A DNA stretch of 63,085 nt, the filler included, from Chrysochromulina tobinii (lineage: Eukaryota), in assembly GCA_001275005.1 (NCBI GenBank). It is 4 parts of 4 records of this genome, joined end to end, with 100 filler letters (N's around TTAATTAATTAA, not from the genome) between each part and the next. Parts side by side here need not be neighbours in the genome. Positions count along the whole stretch, not along the records: positions 31,668 to 50,710 come from JWZX01000682.1; 3 more parts are not named here. One strand, 5' to 3'. Each line of letters begins with the position of its first letter. The stretch's first letter is position 1. The position numbers and the translations under genes are program-made. The notes beneath the pieces were generated by a model that was not told the origin of the DNA, searched no databases, and saw nothing but the letters and a program-made list of their open reading frames with translations. Shown here in pieces: positions 31,956 to 43,800 of this stretch.

Positions 31956-34541
31956 ATGACGGTGGCGATCCTCCCGGACGCGTCCGTGAACGTGTCGTCG
32001 GGTCGTACAGCGCCGGAACTGCCGCCAGCAGCACCTGCTGCGCCAACTGCGCCTGCTGCGACGCCGAAACGCCGTCCGGAGCCGCCCAAAATTGGCTTTG
32101 GACGCAGCGTCAACCCATCACACCGGCCAGCACCGCCGGCGCCGAGGCTCGTGGCCAATACTGATCCTCTGGAGGCGGCCATAGCTGAGTCGCAAAGCGG
32201 CGGTGGCGGCGGCACGGCCTCTCAGCCCGCTACGCCCGCCTCTGCGACGACCGCCCGGGTCGCTCCGAGCTTATCCTCGCGGCCGCACGGATTGCCGCAC
32301 GCGCCCGGGTCGCACCGAAAATATCCTCCTCTGTTGCGGCCGCCCGGCGAGCAATGGAAGCCCCCCGGCCTGCTCTCGAGCGCTAGCGGCACTGGTAGCG
32401 GCCTCGGGCAGCACATGCCGTATTCTCAGCCGTGGATGCGGCAGGGCCAGATTGCCCTCGACAATTGCGTGAAGCACATCGCGGAGCTCAAGTGCATGCT
32501 CCAGGTGCGCACGGACGAGCGCGACGCTAACCTCAAGCTCGCACAGCAGACAAACGAGCTCCTGCAGGAAGTGACGCGTGAGCGCACCCAGCTGCAGACC
32601 CAGATGCACGAGATGCAACTCGAGAAGGAGTCACTCCAGACGGAGGCACATATCGCGCGTGCAAACGCGGAGAAGGTGACTCGGGAGCTCCAGGAGGTGA
32701 CGCGTGTGCGCGAGCAGCTCACCGAGCGGCTCGCCGCCACGCAGACGGAGCTGAAGACGGCGCAGATTGACGCGGCCGGTGCGAAGCGCGCGCTCGAGGC
32801 GCAGTCGGAGCGCTTCGCCACTATGCACGCTACAACCATGCGTGCGGAGGCAGAGAAGGCGGCGGCAGAGGCGCTGACGCAACGGGTGGAGGCGGAGCGT
32901 GCGGCTGAAGTGTCGGCGCGGGAGGCGACCGAGAGGGCCATGGAGGAGGAGCGGGCCGCCAATGAGGCCGAGGCCGCGCGCGCAGAGGAGGAGCGCAAGC
33001 GGCGCGCGCTCTGCGCCGTCGAGGTACAGGACGACACTAGGGAGCTGCTCGAGATCGAGATTGCGGCTGCTCGCGCCGCTATGATGCCCTCGGTCGGCAA
33101 GGGCGGCAAGGAGGCCAAGCCGCGACCGATGCGCCTCGACGCCGACGGGAACGTGCTGACGCGCTTCAATGACCCGGAAGAACTCCTCCAGTACCTCGAA
33201 GAAGGCGAGCGCGGCACGAAGCCGCTCGTGACGCTGCTGCGCGCCTCGTGGCTACGAGCCAAGATGCCCGAGACACTGCCGCCCGACCGCTCGAAGCTCC
33301 CGGCGGAGGCGTTCATCTCCGCCTCCGAGCTACGCAAGATCTACAAGCAGAGCAAGGAGAAGAAGCGTAAGCTGCTACCGATCATCACCGTGCTGCATCC
33401 TAACTCGTCGCCACATGCCAAGGGCGGTCCTCACCCCGACGCCGAGGGCGCCATCGTGCAGACCGTGTGCGAAGCTCTCGACGAGCGGTGGGACCAGTTC
33501 ACGCGCAAGCGCGGCACCGGTGGCGACAGCGGCATCTCCGAGTTGGGCGTCTTCTTCGATTGGATTGCCTTCGGCGAGGGTAAGAGCGCCGCAGGCGTGA
33601 GCGCGGCTGCGGCCGCAGCTGCGGTCGAGGCCAGCGCGGCGGGCAGCAGCGGCGGGGGTGCCGCCGCTGCTGCCGGCGCCGGCGGCGGGAAACCGCCCAA
33701 GTGGGTGCAGGCCTTTGGTCTCTTCTATGCGCACGAGCTCGTGACTGTCTGGATGATCCCGGAGAAGAAGGACGCGCTCAGCAAGCAGTTCGATTACACG
33801 GGCGGCTGGGCGGCGGCTGAGCACCGGCTGGCCACACTCCTCAAGTCAACCTCGGACCTGTCGGGCTACTCGGGCCCTTGGCCACAGCTGCTCGACCTGT
33901 CCGAGGACATAGACTCGGAGCACAACGAACGCATCCACCGGCCCTCGCCCTCGGAGCCGCTCGCCTTCCGCACGCGCCACGAGTTTGGAACTGCCGCATA
34001 CGTGGAGGGAGAGGACGAGCGCGAGGTCGTGACTCATATGTATCGCGACGCGCTGGTCGAGATGTTCACGTGCGCGCAGGCGCTCACTTTCAACCGACTC
34101 GGCTGGCTAGATACGGATGCGTCGCGCCTCGCGCTGCTGCTGCCGCTCGGCAGCCAGGTGCAGGAGCTGCATCTCAGCTTCAACTCCATCGGTGACCAGG
34201 GCCTCTTCCTCCTCGCGCAGCGGATGACGCAGATGGTGCAGCTCAAGGTGCTCAACCTCGCGGGCAACCAGATCGGTGACCCTGGTGCCTCGCGCCTCTC
34301 AGGAGCACTCACCGAGGCCACCGCGTTGCAAAGCTCGCTGTTCAACCTCGACCTCGGCCAGAACAACATTGGCGACAAGGGCGCGCTTGCGCTCGCGGCC
34401 TCCGTCGGTGGCGACACGAAAATGGCGCTCAGGAAGCTCAACCTCAAGGGCAACCCCTTGAGCCCTGCCGCCAAAAAGGGTGTCACCAAGGCGCTCAAGA
34501 AGCAAGCCAAGGGAGGTGCTCCGGCGGCAACAGGGCGGTAG
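31956..34541 (+). CDS. Coiled-coil + HET-like domain + RI-type leucine-rich repeat protein
   Basis: Long coiled coil; central LLRASWL..LPAEAF..HPDAEG..GVFFDW..FYAH..GWAAAE block; C-terminal LRRs (LHLSFNSIGDQG, LNLAGNQIGDPG, LDLGQNNIGDKG, LNLKGN). Confidence 0.8.
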   Translation: MTVAILPDASVNVSSGRTAPELPPAAPAAPTAPAATPKRRPEPPKIGFGRSVNPSHRPAPPAPRLVANTDPLEAAIAESQSGGGGGTASQPATPASATTARVAPSLSSRPHGLPHAPGSHRKYPPLLRPPGEQWKPPGLLSSASGTGSGLGQHMPYSQPWMRQGQIALDNCVKHIAELKCMLQVRTDERDANLKLAQQTNELLQEVTRERTQLQTQMHEMQLEKESLQTEAHIARANAEKVTRELQEVTRVREQLTERLAATQTELKTAQIDAAGAKRALEAQSERFATMHATTMRAEAEKAAAEALTQRVEAERAAEVSAREATERAMEEERAANEAEAARAEEERKRRALCAVEVQDDTRELLEIEIAAARAAMMPSVGKGGKEAKPRPMRLDADGNVLTRFNDPEELLQYLEEGERGTKPLVTLLRASWLRAKMPETLPPDRSKLPAEAFISASELRKIYKQSKEKKRKLLPIITVLHPNSSPHAKGGPHPDAEGAIVQTVCEALDERWDQFTRKRGTGGDSGISELGVFFDWIAFGEGKSAAGVSAAAAAAAVEASAAGSSGGGAAAAAGAGGGKPPKWVQAFGLFYAHELVTVWMIPEKKDALSKQFDYTGGWAAAEHRLATLLKSTSDLSGYSGPWPQLLDLSEDIDSEHNERIHRPSPSEPLAFRTRHEFGTAAYVEGEDEREVVTHMYRDALVEMFTCAQALTFNRLGWLDTDASRLALLLPLGSQVQELHLSFNSIGDQGLFLLAQRMTQMVQLKVLNLAGNQIGDPGASRLSGALTEATALQSSLFNLDLGQNNIGDKGALALAASVGGDTKMALRKLNLKGNPLSPAAKKGVTKALKKQAKGGAPAATGR

Positions 34542-35024
34542 GCCAACAGGGACGATAGGCGCGGCGCGCGCACGCGAAGGGCGCGCGCAGCATGACCATG
34601 AGCGATGAGCAGTGCTCTTGCTCTTCAACTTCATCCCCCACGTCCCCGCCGGCGCCGGCATGCCGCTGGACCTTGTCAACTTGACATCCCTAATTTAGTA
34701 TTTACTGTGTTTGGGGAATAAACAAAAATCAGCACAGAAAACCATTATAGAAAAGCGAGGGCCGAGGCGCGAGCGGCGCGGGGCGATGCCAACGATCCTG
34801 AACGCTGCGTCCTGCGAACAACGGTCCGCTAGATCCGCCTGATCGCTGCTGGATCGACGCAGCCCGCACGATCGCACGTTCACGTTGATGACTATTGGCA
34901 GTCAGTTCACAGTTGGGGATGATGTGCAGTACAGGACTACTAAAAGAAAGTGCTGTGGGGGTAGATTGCCCAGGATTGCGTTGATGACGACCCTGGACCG
35001 CTCCGATGACGGTCCTCATCTATT

Positions 35025-35963
35025 ATGTCGCATGTGCGACGAGCCGCACGCGTCGCCGCAGCAGGCGTCGCAGGCTACGGTGGCATACGCATAATCGAGG
35101 AGTTGCTGCCTTTCGAAGCGTTCGACAATGCCTTGGGCATCACGCGGGAGTTCGAGGAGCGCCAGCTGTGGAGGGCGATGCAGACGACGGAATCGCAGCA
35201 GTGCCCTTCCGACCTGAGTGCAGTGCGTATAGACAACTCGAAGTCGATAAAATCGGGCGTCGCCTATGCGCTCAGCGAGACCGCGTACGATCGCCATCGT
35301 GCGCCGGATGATGCGCCAGCGCAGTTCACCGTAAGGAAGCAACCCTCGTCGGTGCCTCACTCAGGCGACGGTTGCCATTTGAAAGGCAAGTGCGCGCGCG
35401 GTTCGGTCGTCAGCTTCTACCAAGGGCCGGTGTACACGCCGATCACTGGGCGCATAAAATGCACCTTCGTTGCCACGTTCAGCGATTATGTCATCCAATT
35501 GGCTGACTCTTATGTCGTTGACGGCATCAACCCCGGGGGCACGGCAGAGGGCGCCGACGGCACTTCGTCCTTGTGTGGCGCTCTGTGCAATCACCCTCCG
35601 GCCGGCGTGCAGCCCAACGTCATGTTCTATCCCACTCTATGCGATTGCGACACGCTGCCCGCGGCCTCCGTCGAGGCACTCAGGCGCATCTCGTGGTACG
35701 ATTCGTCTCCTCTCACCTTTGATGGCACGCGCATGCAGCGTACGATCGCGCTTGTGGCTCTGCGTGATCTCGAGGACGAGGAGCTCTACGTCGACTACCG
35801 TTTCACGAACGCGACGCCCGATCTGCCCGACTGGTACAGCCACGTGGAGCGCGAGGGCGAGAAGCGCGACTGGGAGCCGTTCCATCGGCCCGGCTTCGAT
35901 CAACTGACAGAGAGCATGTCGGTCGTCGTGTGGCACGGGCTCTTGCGCTCGCCGCAACTTTGA
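35025..35963 (+). CDS. SET-domain protein (SETD9-like)
   Basis: GDGCHL.G...GSVVSFYQG, DYVIQ...VVDG, ALCNHPP...PNV, VALRDLEDEELYVDYRF, PDWY. Confidence 0.82.
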   Translation: MSHVRRAARVAAAGVAGYGGIRIIEELLPFEAFDNALGITREFEERQLWRAMQTTESQQCPSDLSAVRIDNSKSIKSGVAYALSETAYDRHRAPDDAPAQFTVRKQPSSVPHSGDGCHLKGKCARGSVVSFYQGPVYTPITGRIKCTFVATFSDYVIQLADSYVVDGINPGGTAEGADGTSSLCGALCNHPPAGVQPNVMFYPTLCDCDTLPAASVEALRRISWYDSSPLTFDGTRMQRTIALVALRDLEDEELYVDYRFTNATPDLPDWYSHVEREGEKRDWEPFHRPGFDQLTESMSVVVWHGLLRSPQL

Positions 35964-36548
35964 GCTTAGACGGCTCGAGGTGAGCGAGGTGTGGCGCAGA
36001 GCCAGCCCAGCTGCATCGCACATCTCTTGACCTTGACAGCTGTGCCGGAGACCTTTCCGAAAGCGGGGCTTTCACCCGAAACCGGTAAAGGGCGATCGCC
36101 GCGATCGGATCTCTGATGTCGTGTCGCGGCGCTGGCGCTCTGCTCACTGGACACTGCTCGGCTGGGACCCGCGTAGACGAGTGGAGTATTAAATTTTATC
36201 TTCCAATTATAACTGTGACAATTTTGGTGTTGATAGATCTCTTCTAAATGAACTAACAACCATCGAAGGCCTCGAATCGCACATGCTCAATACACCAAGC
36301 GTCTAGTACGTTCATCAGGCGAAACCGTTAACCCCAACCGGGACATCCGGAGCGGAGTCCCGCGACACACAGCAGAGACCGCGCTCGGCCCCCTCGCTGT
36401 CTGGCGAACAAACTTAATGAAACTGATGGCTGATGTAGCGAGACTGCGAATAAGCGTGACGTGCATGTGAATGTCGTGCAGAGGTCAGGCAGAGCAGCCG
36501 TCGAATACCTTCGTGGAAGTTGAGCGCTTTTTGCATGCGGCAACGTCA

Positions 36549-37616
36549 TCAGACGCCCGTGGCCGTGATCAACGCACCAGTAGAGCGCCGGCGATCGAAG
36601 CTAGCCTGGCGGCGCATCGCCACCCTCTGCGCCAAGGTGCGCGGCGTCGCCAAGGGCTCCGCATCGGCCGCGGTCGCCGCTGCTGCCGCGCCCTTTCCGG
36701 CGAGGGCCGGGACGGTGCTGCTGTCCATTGGTGCGCTCGGCGGGAAAGTAACGCACACGGGCTCGATGACGTCGACTGCGCCGAGCTGCCGCCCGGCGCA
36801 AAACGGCTCGAACTCGATCTCACTCGACGAGGACGTGTCGTCGGCCACGCCCTCGCCATTCTCCCTCGCAGTGTGCAGCTCGAACTGTCGTTCGAACTCG
36901 GCGATGCCGCTGTCGATGGCGATGCCGCCGCCAAAGACGGCGGACACGTGGCCGTCCTTGCCCACGATGGACTCGTAGCCACTCGAGGGCACGACCTTCG
37001 GCGGGCGGAAGCTGGAGGCGCCCTTCGAGAAGGACGTCACCACAGGCCGGTGGGGCGGCACCGCCACTCGCCCGACCTGCGGACGGGCGGGCGGCGCCTT
37101 TGCCTCGTTGGCCTCGTCGTCGCCGCCAACGTGGGGCCCCACGTCGCTGCTGCTGCTGCTGGGCGCACCCTGCTGCAGCTGGTACAGGAGTCGCATCGTT
37201 TCCGCCTTGCGCGCCGCCTCCTGCTCGGCCGCAGCGTCGTGGTCAAAGTACTCTAGCGGGTCCTCTTCCTCGTCCTCGTCGTCCTCCTCCTCTTCCTGGT
37301 CGGCATCGCAGCCGCCGCCCGTGTCGGAGTTGGCACAGTACATCGTGTTCATCCGGCGCGTGAGCTCCATTTGCTGCTCGAGCCAGCGCGCCTCGTCAAA
37401 ATCATCCTCCAGCTCTGCCTCCTCGCGCGATGTCTTTGCCCCCTTCTTCTTCGATTTTTTCTTGCTGGAGGCCTTCTTCTTCTTCGCAGGCTTCGGCGAG
37501 GGTTCCGCCGCCGTGCTCCCCGATGGCACACTGTTAGGCGTCGCCAGCGGCGAGCGCGTCAACGTTGGCTCCGCCTTACGTGACGAAGACGCACCCCTCC
37601 TCAGCAAGGAGGACAT
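36549..37616 (-). CDS. Hypothetical low-complexity protein (Lys-rich and acidic tracts)
   Basis: 355-aa ATG ORF with coding-like codon usage, KKKK NLS-like tract and poly-E/D; no domain recognised. Confidence 0.65.
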   Translation of the reverse strand: MSSLLRRGASSSRKAEPTLTRSPLATPNSVPSGSTAAEPSPKPAKKKKASSKKKSKKKGAKTSREEAELEDDFDEARWLEQQMELTRRMNTMYCANSDTGGGCDADQEEEEDDEDEEEDPLEYFDHDAAAEQEAARKAETMRLLYQLQQGAPSSSSSDVGPHVGGDDEANEAKAPPARPQVGRVAVPPHRPVVTSFSKGASSFRPPKVVPSSGYESIVGKDGHVSAVFGGGIAIDSGIAEFERQFELHTARENGEGVADDTSSSSEIEFEPFCAGRQLGAVDVIEPVCVTFPPSAPMDSSTVPALAGKGAAAAATAADAEPLATPRTLAQRVAMRRQASFDRRRSTGALITATGV

Positions 37617-37663
37617 GGGAACTACCAAAAATCCTCTGGTTCTCGTGCCAATTTCTTCGTTTC

Positions 37664-37740
37664 TTTTGGCCCCTCTTACAGTAAGAATTTCCTAGAGATT
37701 TGTTTTTTTGGCCCCTTTTACGGTAGGAATTTCCTAGAGA
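37664..37740. repeat. 42-bp-period imperfect duplication in a divergent intergenic region
   Basis: TTTTGGCCCCTCTTACAGTAAGAATTTCCTAGAGA versus TTTTGGCCCCTTTTACGGTAGGAATTTCCTAGAGA. Confidence 0.85.
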
Positions 37741-37875
37741 CATTGCGATACGATACTCGAAAGTGTCCACCCATTTCTTCCGCCGTTTTGGCCACTTTCA
37801 CTGCATGTTATTGCGTGACGCTCCGGAAATGTGTCGCACACTTTCTTCGGGCTTCCTCAATAGCCGCAATCGCTT

Positions 37876-40800
37876 ATGCGGCTGCTGCTCTTCCTCCCGA
37901 CCGCCGTGGCCGCTGCGCAGTCTCTGCGCGTGACGCCCGCGGTCGTCGACGTACATGGCGGCGTCGAGATCGAGCTCGCGCGCGACGGCAGCGCCTTTGA
38001 GTCACCCGTGCACGGCGAGGTGCACTGCCTCTTCGGCGTCGATTCGGTGCCGGGCGGGCTGCATCCAGACGGACGCTCAATCGTGTGCACGGTGCCGCCC
38101 GCGCCTGGCGGCCAGCTCGGCACCGTCGATGTCTCCGTACGCATCGACCCGCTCCCGGACGACCAGGGCAGCGCCACGGTCGTCTATTACGACGCCTCAA
38201 GCCTGCCAGTCATCTCCGAGGTGCGGCCACACTCGGCAGAGGGCGCGAGCCCGTCGCACGTGCGTGTGTTCGGATCCAATTTTGCACCGCTGTCTCACAC
38301 CATGCGCTGTTCCTTTGGCGAGGACGGGCCGACGGACGCCTCGTACGTCTCACCGACGGAGCTCGCTTGTGCTTCGCCAGAGGTGCCCAACGGTCCGAGC
38401 CATTCGGTTGACCTGCGCGTGTCGCTCGACGGCCGGCTCTTCTCGGCGCCCGGCGCGGAGACCTTCACCTTCACTAACATGCGCGTGCCGCCGAGCCTCA
38501 GCCGCCTCTCGCCGCAAATCGGGCCTGTGAGCGGTGGCATTGAGCTCACTCTCGTCGGACTGGGCTTCTCGCCGGCCCACGGCCGGCTGCAGTGCCTCTT
38601 CGAGGGTCTGCAAGCGACGGCGGCGTCCTTTGACTCGACCGAGCGCGTGCGCTGCGCCTCGCCCGCTGTGAGCAGCTCTGCCAAGGGCCCGGTCCGCTCC
38701 GTCGACGTGGCAGTCGGCGCCGTCGGCGGCGAGCCGCCTGTGTCGTCCAGCCTGCCGTTTACCTTCTACGACCCGGCACGGCCGCCCTCGATCAGTGAGG
38801 TGGTGCCTGCGTATGGCGACGTGCACGCGCCTCCGAGCATCGTGCTGCACGGTGCAGGCTTCGCTCCCGTGGGCGACCGCCTCGTCTGTCGTTTCGGCGG
38901 TGCGCAGCTCACCGCCGCCACGTTCGTGTCGACGTCCTCCATTCGCTGTGCAGCGCCGCCCGCCTCTGCGCTTACTGTCGGTCGCGTGAGTGTGATGGCG
39001 GCCATCGACGGCGGCGCCGCGCTGCCGCGCAAGGGATCTCCCGCCGAGATCGCCGCCGCCTCGCTCCTCATTTACGACGCCTCAGAGCCGCCGGTCGCCT
39101 CATCGGTCACGCCCGTCTTTGCGTCCGTCGGCGGAGGCGCCGTCCTCACGGTGAGCGGCGCCAACTTCGCGCCGACCCGACACCTAGGGTGTGTCTTTGA
39201 GCAAGTCGGCCTCACGCCCGCGACGCTCCTCGATGCGAGCACCCTCCGCTGCGCCGCGCCGCCCACCACCGCGCCGCTGACCACCAAGCTCGCCGTGACG
39301 CTCGACCACCTCACCCTCTCGGTGCCTGCGATCCCGTTCACCTTCCATGACCCGGAGGCAGGCGCCCTCGTGAGCGCGGTGCACCCGCCGTTTGTGCACT
39401 ACGCCGGCGGCACGCCGCTCGAGGTACGCGTGCACAACTACGATCCCACCGCCGACGTGGCTGCATGCGTCTTCTACCTCCCTGCGCACACGGACGGTGC
39501 CATTGCGCCTGCGCTCGCGACGGCGGCGACTCACACGATGGGTGAGACGGTGCGTTGCTTGAGCCCGCATGCCCCGCGGAGCTCGGTCGGCTCAGTGCGT
39601 CTGCGGCTGTGGGCCGCGCGTGCCGCGGAGCTCTCCCAGGGCGCACGCACATCGGATGGGCTCCTACAGGAAGCTCTGGATGCCGCCTCGGCTCCCGAGC
39701 GCGCACCCCAATTCGTTCTCTCGGCCGGCTCGGTCCCGCTCACCCTGTACGACATGGAGCGGCCGCCCACGGCGACGCGCCTAGTGCCGCGCTACGCCGG
39801 GCTGCCCACCGACGGCTCACCGGTCGATGTGCTCGTGCTCGGTACCAATTTTGCGCCCACGGACCTCGGCCTCGTGTGCCAGATTGACGAGCGCGGTTCC
39901 GGCGGGCCGGCGCGCTTCGTCAACGGCACCGCCGTCAGCTGCTCAGTGCCGCTGCCCGACGCGCCAAAGGACACGACCGTACGCGTCTCGGCCGACGGCG
40001 GCGTCACGTGGTCCGCGGCGCTGCCGTTCACCTTTTACGATCCGGACACGGCGCCTGTTGTTTTGGCCTCCCCGGCGGCGGTCGACGTCGCCGCGCTCGC
40101 GGCTTCAGGTGGGCAGGCAAGGCTGAGCCTGTGGGGATCCAACTTCGCGCCGACGGACGGTCTGCGCTGCGGCTTTGGCAGCTTCGACGATCACGGCGCG
40201 CAGGAGAGCGTGGTCGCGACCTTCGTCTCCGCCACCGAGATTGAGTGCCTGGCGCCGAGCCATTGGTGGGGCGTCGCGCGAGTGCGCGCGACGCACGACG
40301 GCGGCCAATATTGGTCGGAGGCGGGGCCTTCGATCACGCCGTACAATACGTCGCAGCAGGGGCTCATCACCTCGGTTGAGCCCGCCGCTCTGCCCGTCGA
40401 CGAGTCGGGTAGCGGTGGCGTGTCGCTCCGCGGCAAGCACTTCTTCCGACCGGCAGTCGATGGTGGCAAAAGCAGCGCCGCCGCGTTGCGCGTGTGCCGC
40501 TTCGTGCCGCTCCCGGCCGAGAGTTTGGGGGCTCGCCGTCGTGCGAGCACACACACACACACACACACCATACACGCGAGTCCGTCCACGAGTCTCGCCC
40601 CTGCCGCCGCGCCGTCCACCGTCGTGTCGCCCGCCACCATCTTCGACGACACGCACGCGCGCTGCGCGACGCCGACCGCTCTGCAGCCGCAGACGGCTGC
40701 GGTTTCGCTGAGCCTCGATGGGGGCGTCACCTTCGGCACTGCGGCCATCGTCACCTTCTATGACGACTCGTCGCCGCCTACCCTGCTCAGTGCGACGCCC

Positions 40801-43800
40801 ACCGACGGCGAGCGCTCGCAGGCAACGCTCGTCACGCTGCGTGGCTTCAACTTCAACCCGCCAAAGGCGCCGTCCGACTTGCTTTGCCGCTTCGGCGCCG
40901 TCGTCGCGCCTGCGACGTTTGTGCACTCGACATCGATCTCGTGCTACGCTCCGTCTGTGACGACCCTCGGTCAAGTGGCGCTCGACTTGTCCGACGACGG
41001 CGGACGCTCGTGGCCCACCGCCACCGCTCCGTCGAGTGCGAAGACGGCCGTGCCGAGCTCGATGCAGTTCGTGTACTACGATTCGGCAGTGCCGCCCACG
41101 CTCTCGTCCGCCGCACCCGCGGGCGCGTCCGTGGCGGGCGGCACTGCGCTCACGCTCTACGGCACGAATTTCGTGCCGCCGCGCGGCTACACCGCCCCCT
41201 CGGCCCGCGCGTCGTGCGTCTTCACCGCCGACGGCGCGATGCTCGCGAGCACGCCAGCGAGCTTTGGCTCGTTTGGGCACGTGGCCTGCTCCTCGCCTGC
41301 CGCCGCGAGCTCGAAGACCGACGCGACCCTCAGGGTCGTCTCAGCCGACGGCCTCTCCTCTTTGGGAATCCCCTTCACATTCTACGACGCAAGCGTGCCT
41401 CCCGCCCTCGTCTCGGTCACACCGGCCGGCCTGCCGCTTGGGAGCCGGCCTGTCACGTTGCAAGTGCACGGGCGCGGCTTCGCCCCCGTGGGCCTGCAGT
41501 GCCATTTTGGCAGGATGGTACCGACACCCGCGACCTTTGCCACCGCCTCACTCGTGCTCTGCAAGTCGCCCGGCGACGATGCCGGGTTCAGCGGCCCAAT
41601 TTCGCTGCCGCTCGTCGTCAGCCGCGACGGTGTCCGCTCCGATTTTCGCCTTGACGGCAATGCCGCCGACGCCGACGTCGACGCCGCAACGAGCGTGTCT
41701 CTGACCTTCTTTGAGCCGGACGCTATCCCGTCGACGACGAGCGCGCGCCCGCTAGCGGTCGACGTGCACGGCGGCACTACGCTCCTCCTTCATGGCACGG
41801 GGTTTCGTCCCGGAGGCTCCGAGATGAGGTGTACCATCGGCGGCTTGCACGTGCCCGCGCACTTCATCTCGCTCACTGAGGCGCGATGTGACGCCCCAAT
41901 GGGTGAACCCACCTGGGCCGGCTCCGCAGCGACGGTGCCCGTGTGCCTCGTGTACCACGACGGCGACAGCGGCCAGTGCGGCGCGCGCGTCACCTACAGT
42001 GATCCCACGGCCCCACCCGAGTTGATTGCGGTCTCGCCACGGTTGCTGACCCTCGGCTCGTCGGCCGTCATCTCGCTAAGCGGTGCCAATTTCGCACCGA
42101 CTGGTGCGCAGCTCGTGTGCCGCTTCGGCGGCCGCTCCGCCTCGCCCGTGCCCGCCTCGTTTGTGAGCGGCGATCAGGTGCTCTGCAACGCGCCGCCCGC
42201 AACGAGCCCGGCCACCACCACGCTCCAGATCTCCACCGACGGCGGCGCGAGCTTCTCGAGCGGGCTGCCGTTTGCCTACTACGATGCGACGCGCCCCGCG
42301 GAACTAGAGCGCGTGTGGCCACCCGTCGCTGGCCTGAAGGCACAAACCCGGCTGATGCTCACCGGCATCAACTTTGGGCCGACCGACGCGTTCGCGTGCC
42401 ACTTCGGCGCGCTCCCGCCTACGGCAGCGACGTACATCAACTCCTCGGCCGCCGTGTGCCACGCGCCCGCCTCGCCGACGGTCCAGTCGGTCGCCCTCTC
42501 CCTCACCCTCGACGGCACTACATGGTCGACGCGCACGTCCGACTTCACCTTCTACGACACCAGCGCGCCGCCCGCGGTCGAGGCCCTCTCGCGCGCCTTT
42601 GGCCGCGCCGACGGGGAGGACGGCGAACTGCTGACGCTCACCGGCTCCAATTTTGCGCCCACCGGCGCGGCGCTGCGCTGCCTCTTTGCGCCGCTGCCGG
42701 ATGCAGGCGCCGTCGCGAGCGAGGGCGCGGATGGCGACGAGAACGAGTTTGAAGGTCAGCCCGAACGCGCCTATCTGGGCTCCGGCCGCTTCCAGCGCCA
42801 GCCGGGTGCGCCAGTGTCGGCTGCGGCCACTTTCATCTCGATCACCCAGATCCGGTGTGCCGCGCCCATGACGGCACGCCCGTCCACCGCCGCGGTCTCG
42901 GCGAGCACCGACGGCGTGAGCTTCGGGCGCTCCACCGCCAACTATACGTACTACGACCCGAAGCTCACGCCCGTCGTCTCGCGCGTCGCGCCCGCGTACG
43001 GCGCGTACCTGTCGTCGACGGCTGTGACCGTGTACGGGCTCAACTTTGCACCAACCAGCTTGGGGCTGCACGTGCGCTTTGGCGACCTCGGCGTGAGCCG
43101 CGCGACCTTCGTCTCGTCGTCGATGGCGCTCGCGCGCACACCTATCCCATCCGCGGGTATCGAGTCGCTCTCGGTACCTGTCGAGGTGGCGCTCACGCCC
43201 GACGGCTTTGGCTCCGTGCCCTCTATTGCGGCGGTCGCCACGCCGGCGCTCTTCTCCTTCCACAACCCCTTCTCGCCGCCGCGGATCACGCAGATCAGCC
43301 CCACGAACCACCGGTGCGGCGACGGCGGCGCGTACGTGCGCGATGTGCGCACCAACGAGCGCATCGAGGTCGCGCGGCATGCGGTCGTCACCATCGAGGG
43401 CGCCAACTTTGCGCCAATGAAGCGGCTGAGCTGCAACTACCGGCGCACGGGCGAGACGCTCTTCGAGCAGTTTGAGCACTCGGTGCCCGCCTTTTTCCGC
43501 TCGGCGAGCGAGATCCGCTGCCCGATCCCTGCGATCACTTATGCGGACGACGGCAGCACGCGTACGTTGCAGATGTTCTTCTCCGTCTCCAACGACGGGG
43601 AGAATTACCGCTGGTCCAACTTTGTGTTCACGTACGAGGGCGGCTGCGAGCTGCCCACGTTCACGCACAGGATGTACAGGATCGTATACTCGCTGCTGAG
43701 CCTCCTTGCCGTCATCGTCGCGCTGCTGCTCGTGCTCGTCGTGTGCCGGCGCAACACAACGGTGCGCGCCCTGAACAAGGTCCTCTTCCGCGCGGTCGGC

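Noticed and set aside
40547..40568. (AC)n tract encoding THTHTHT in the IPT gene
   Set aside because: In-frame microsatellite in a loop; no clear splice signals or functional evidence.
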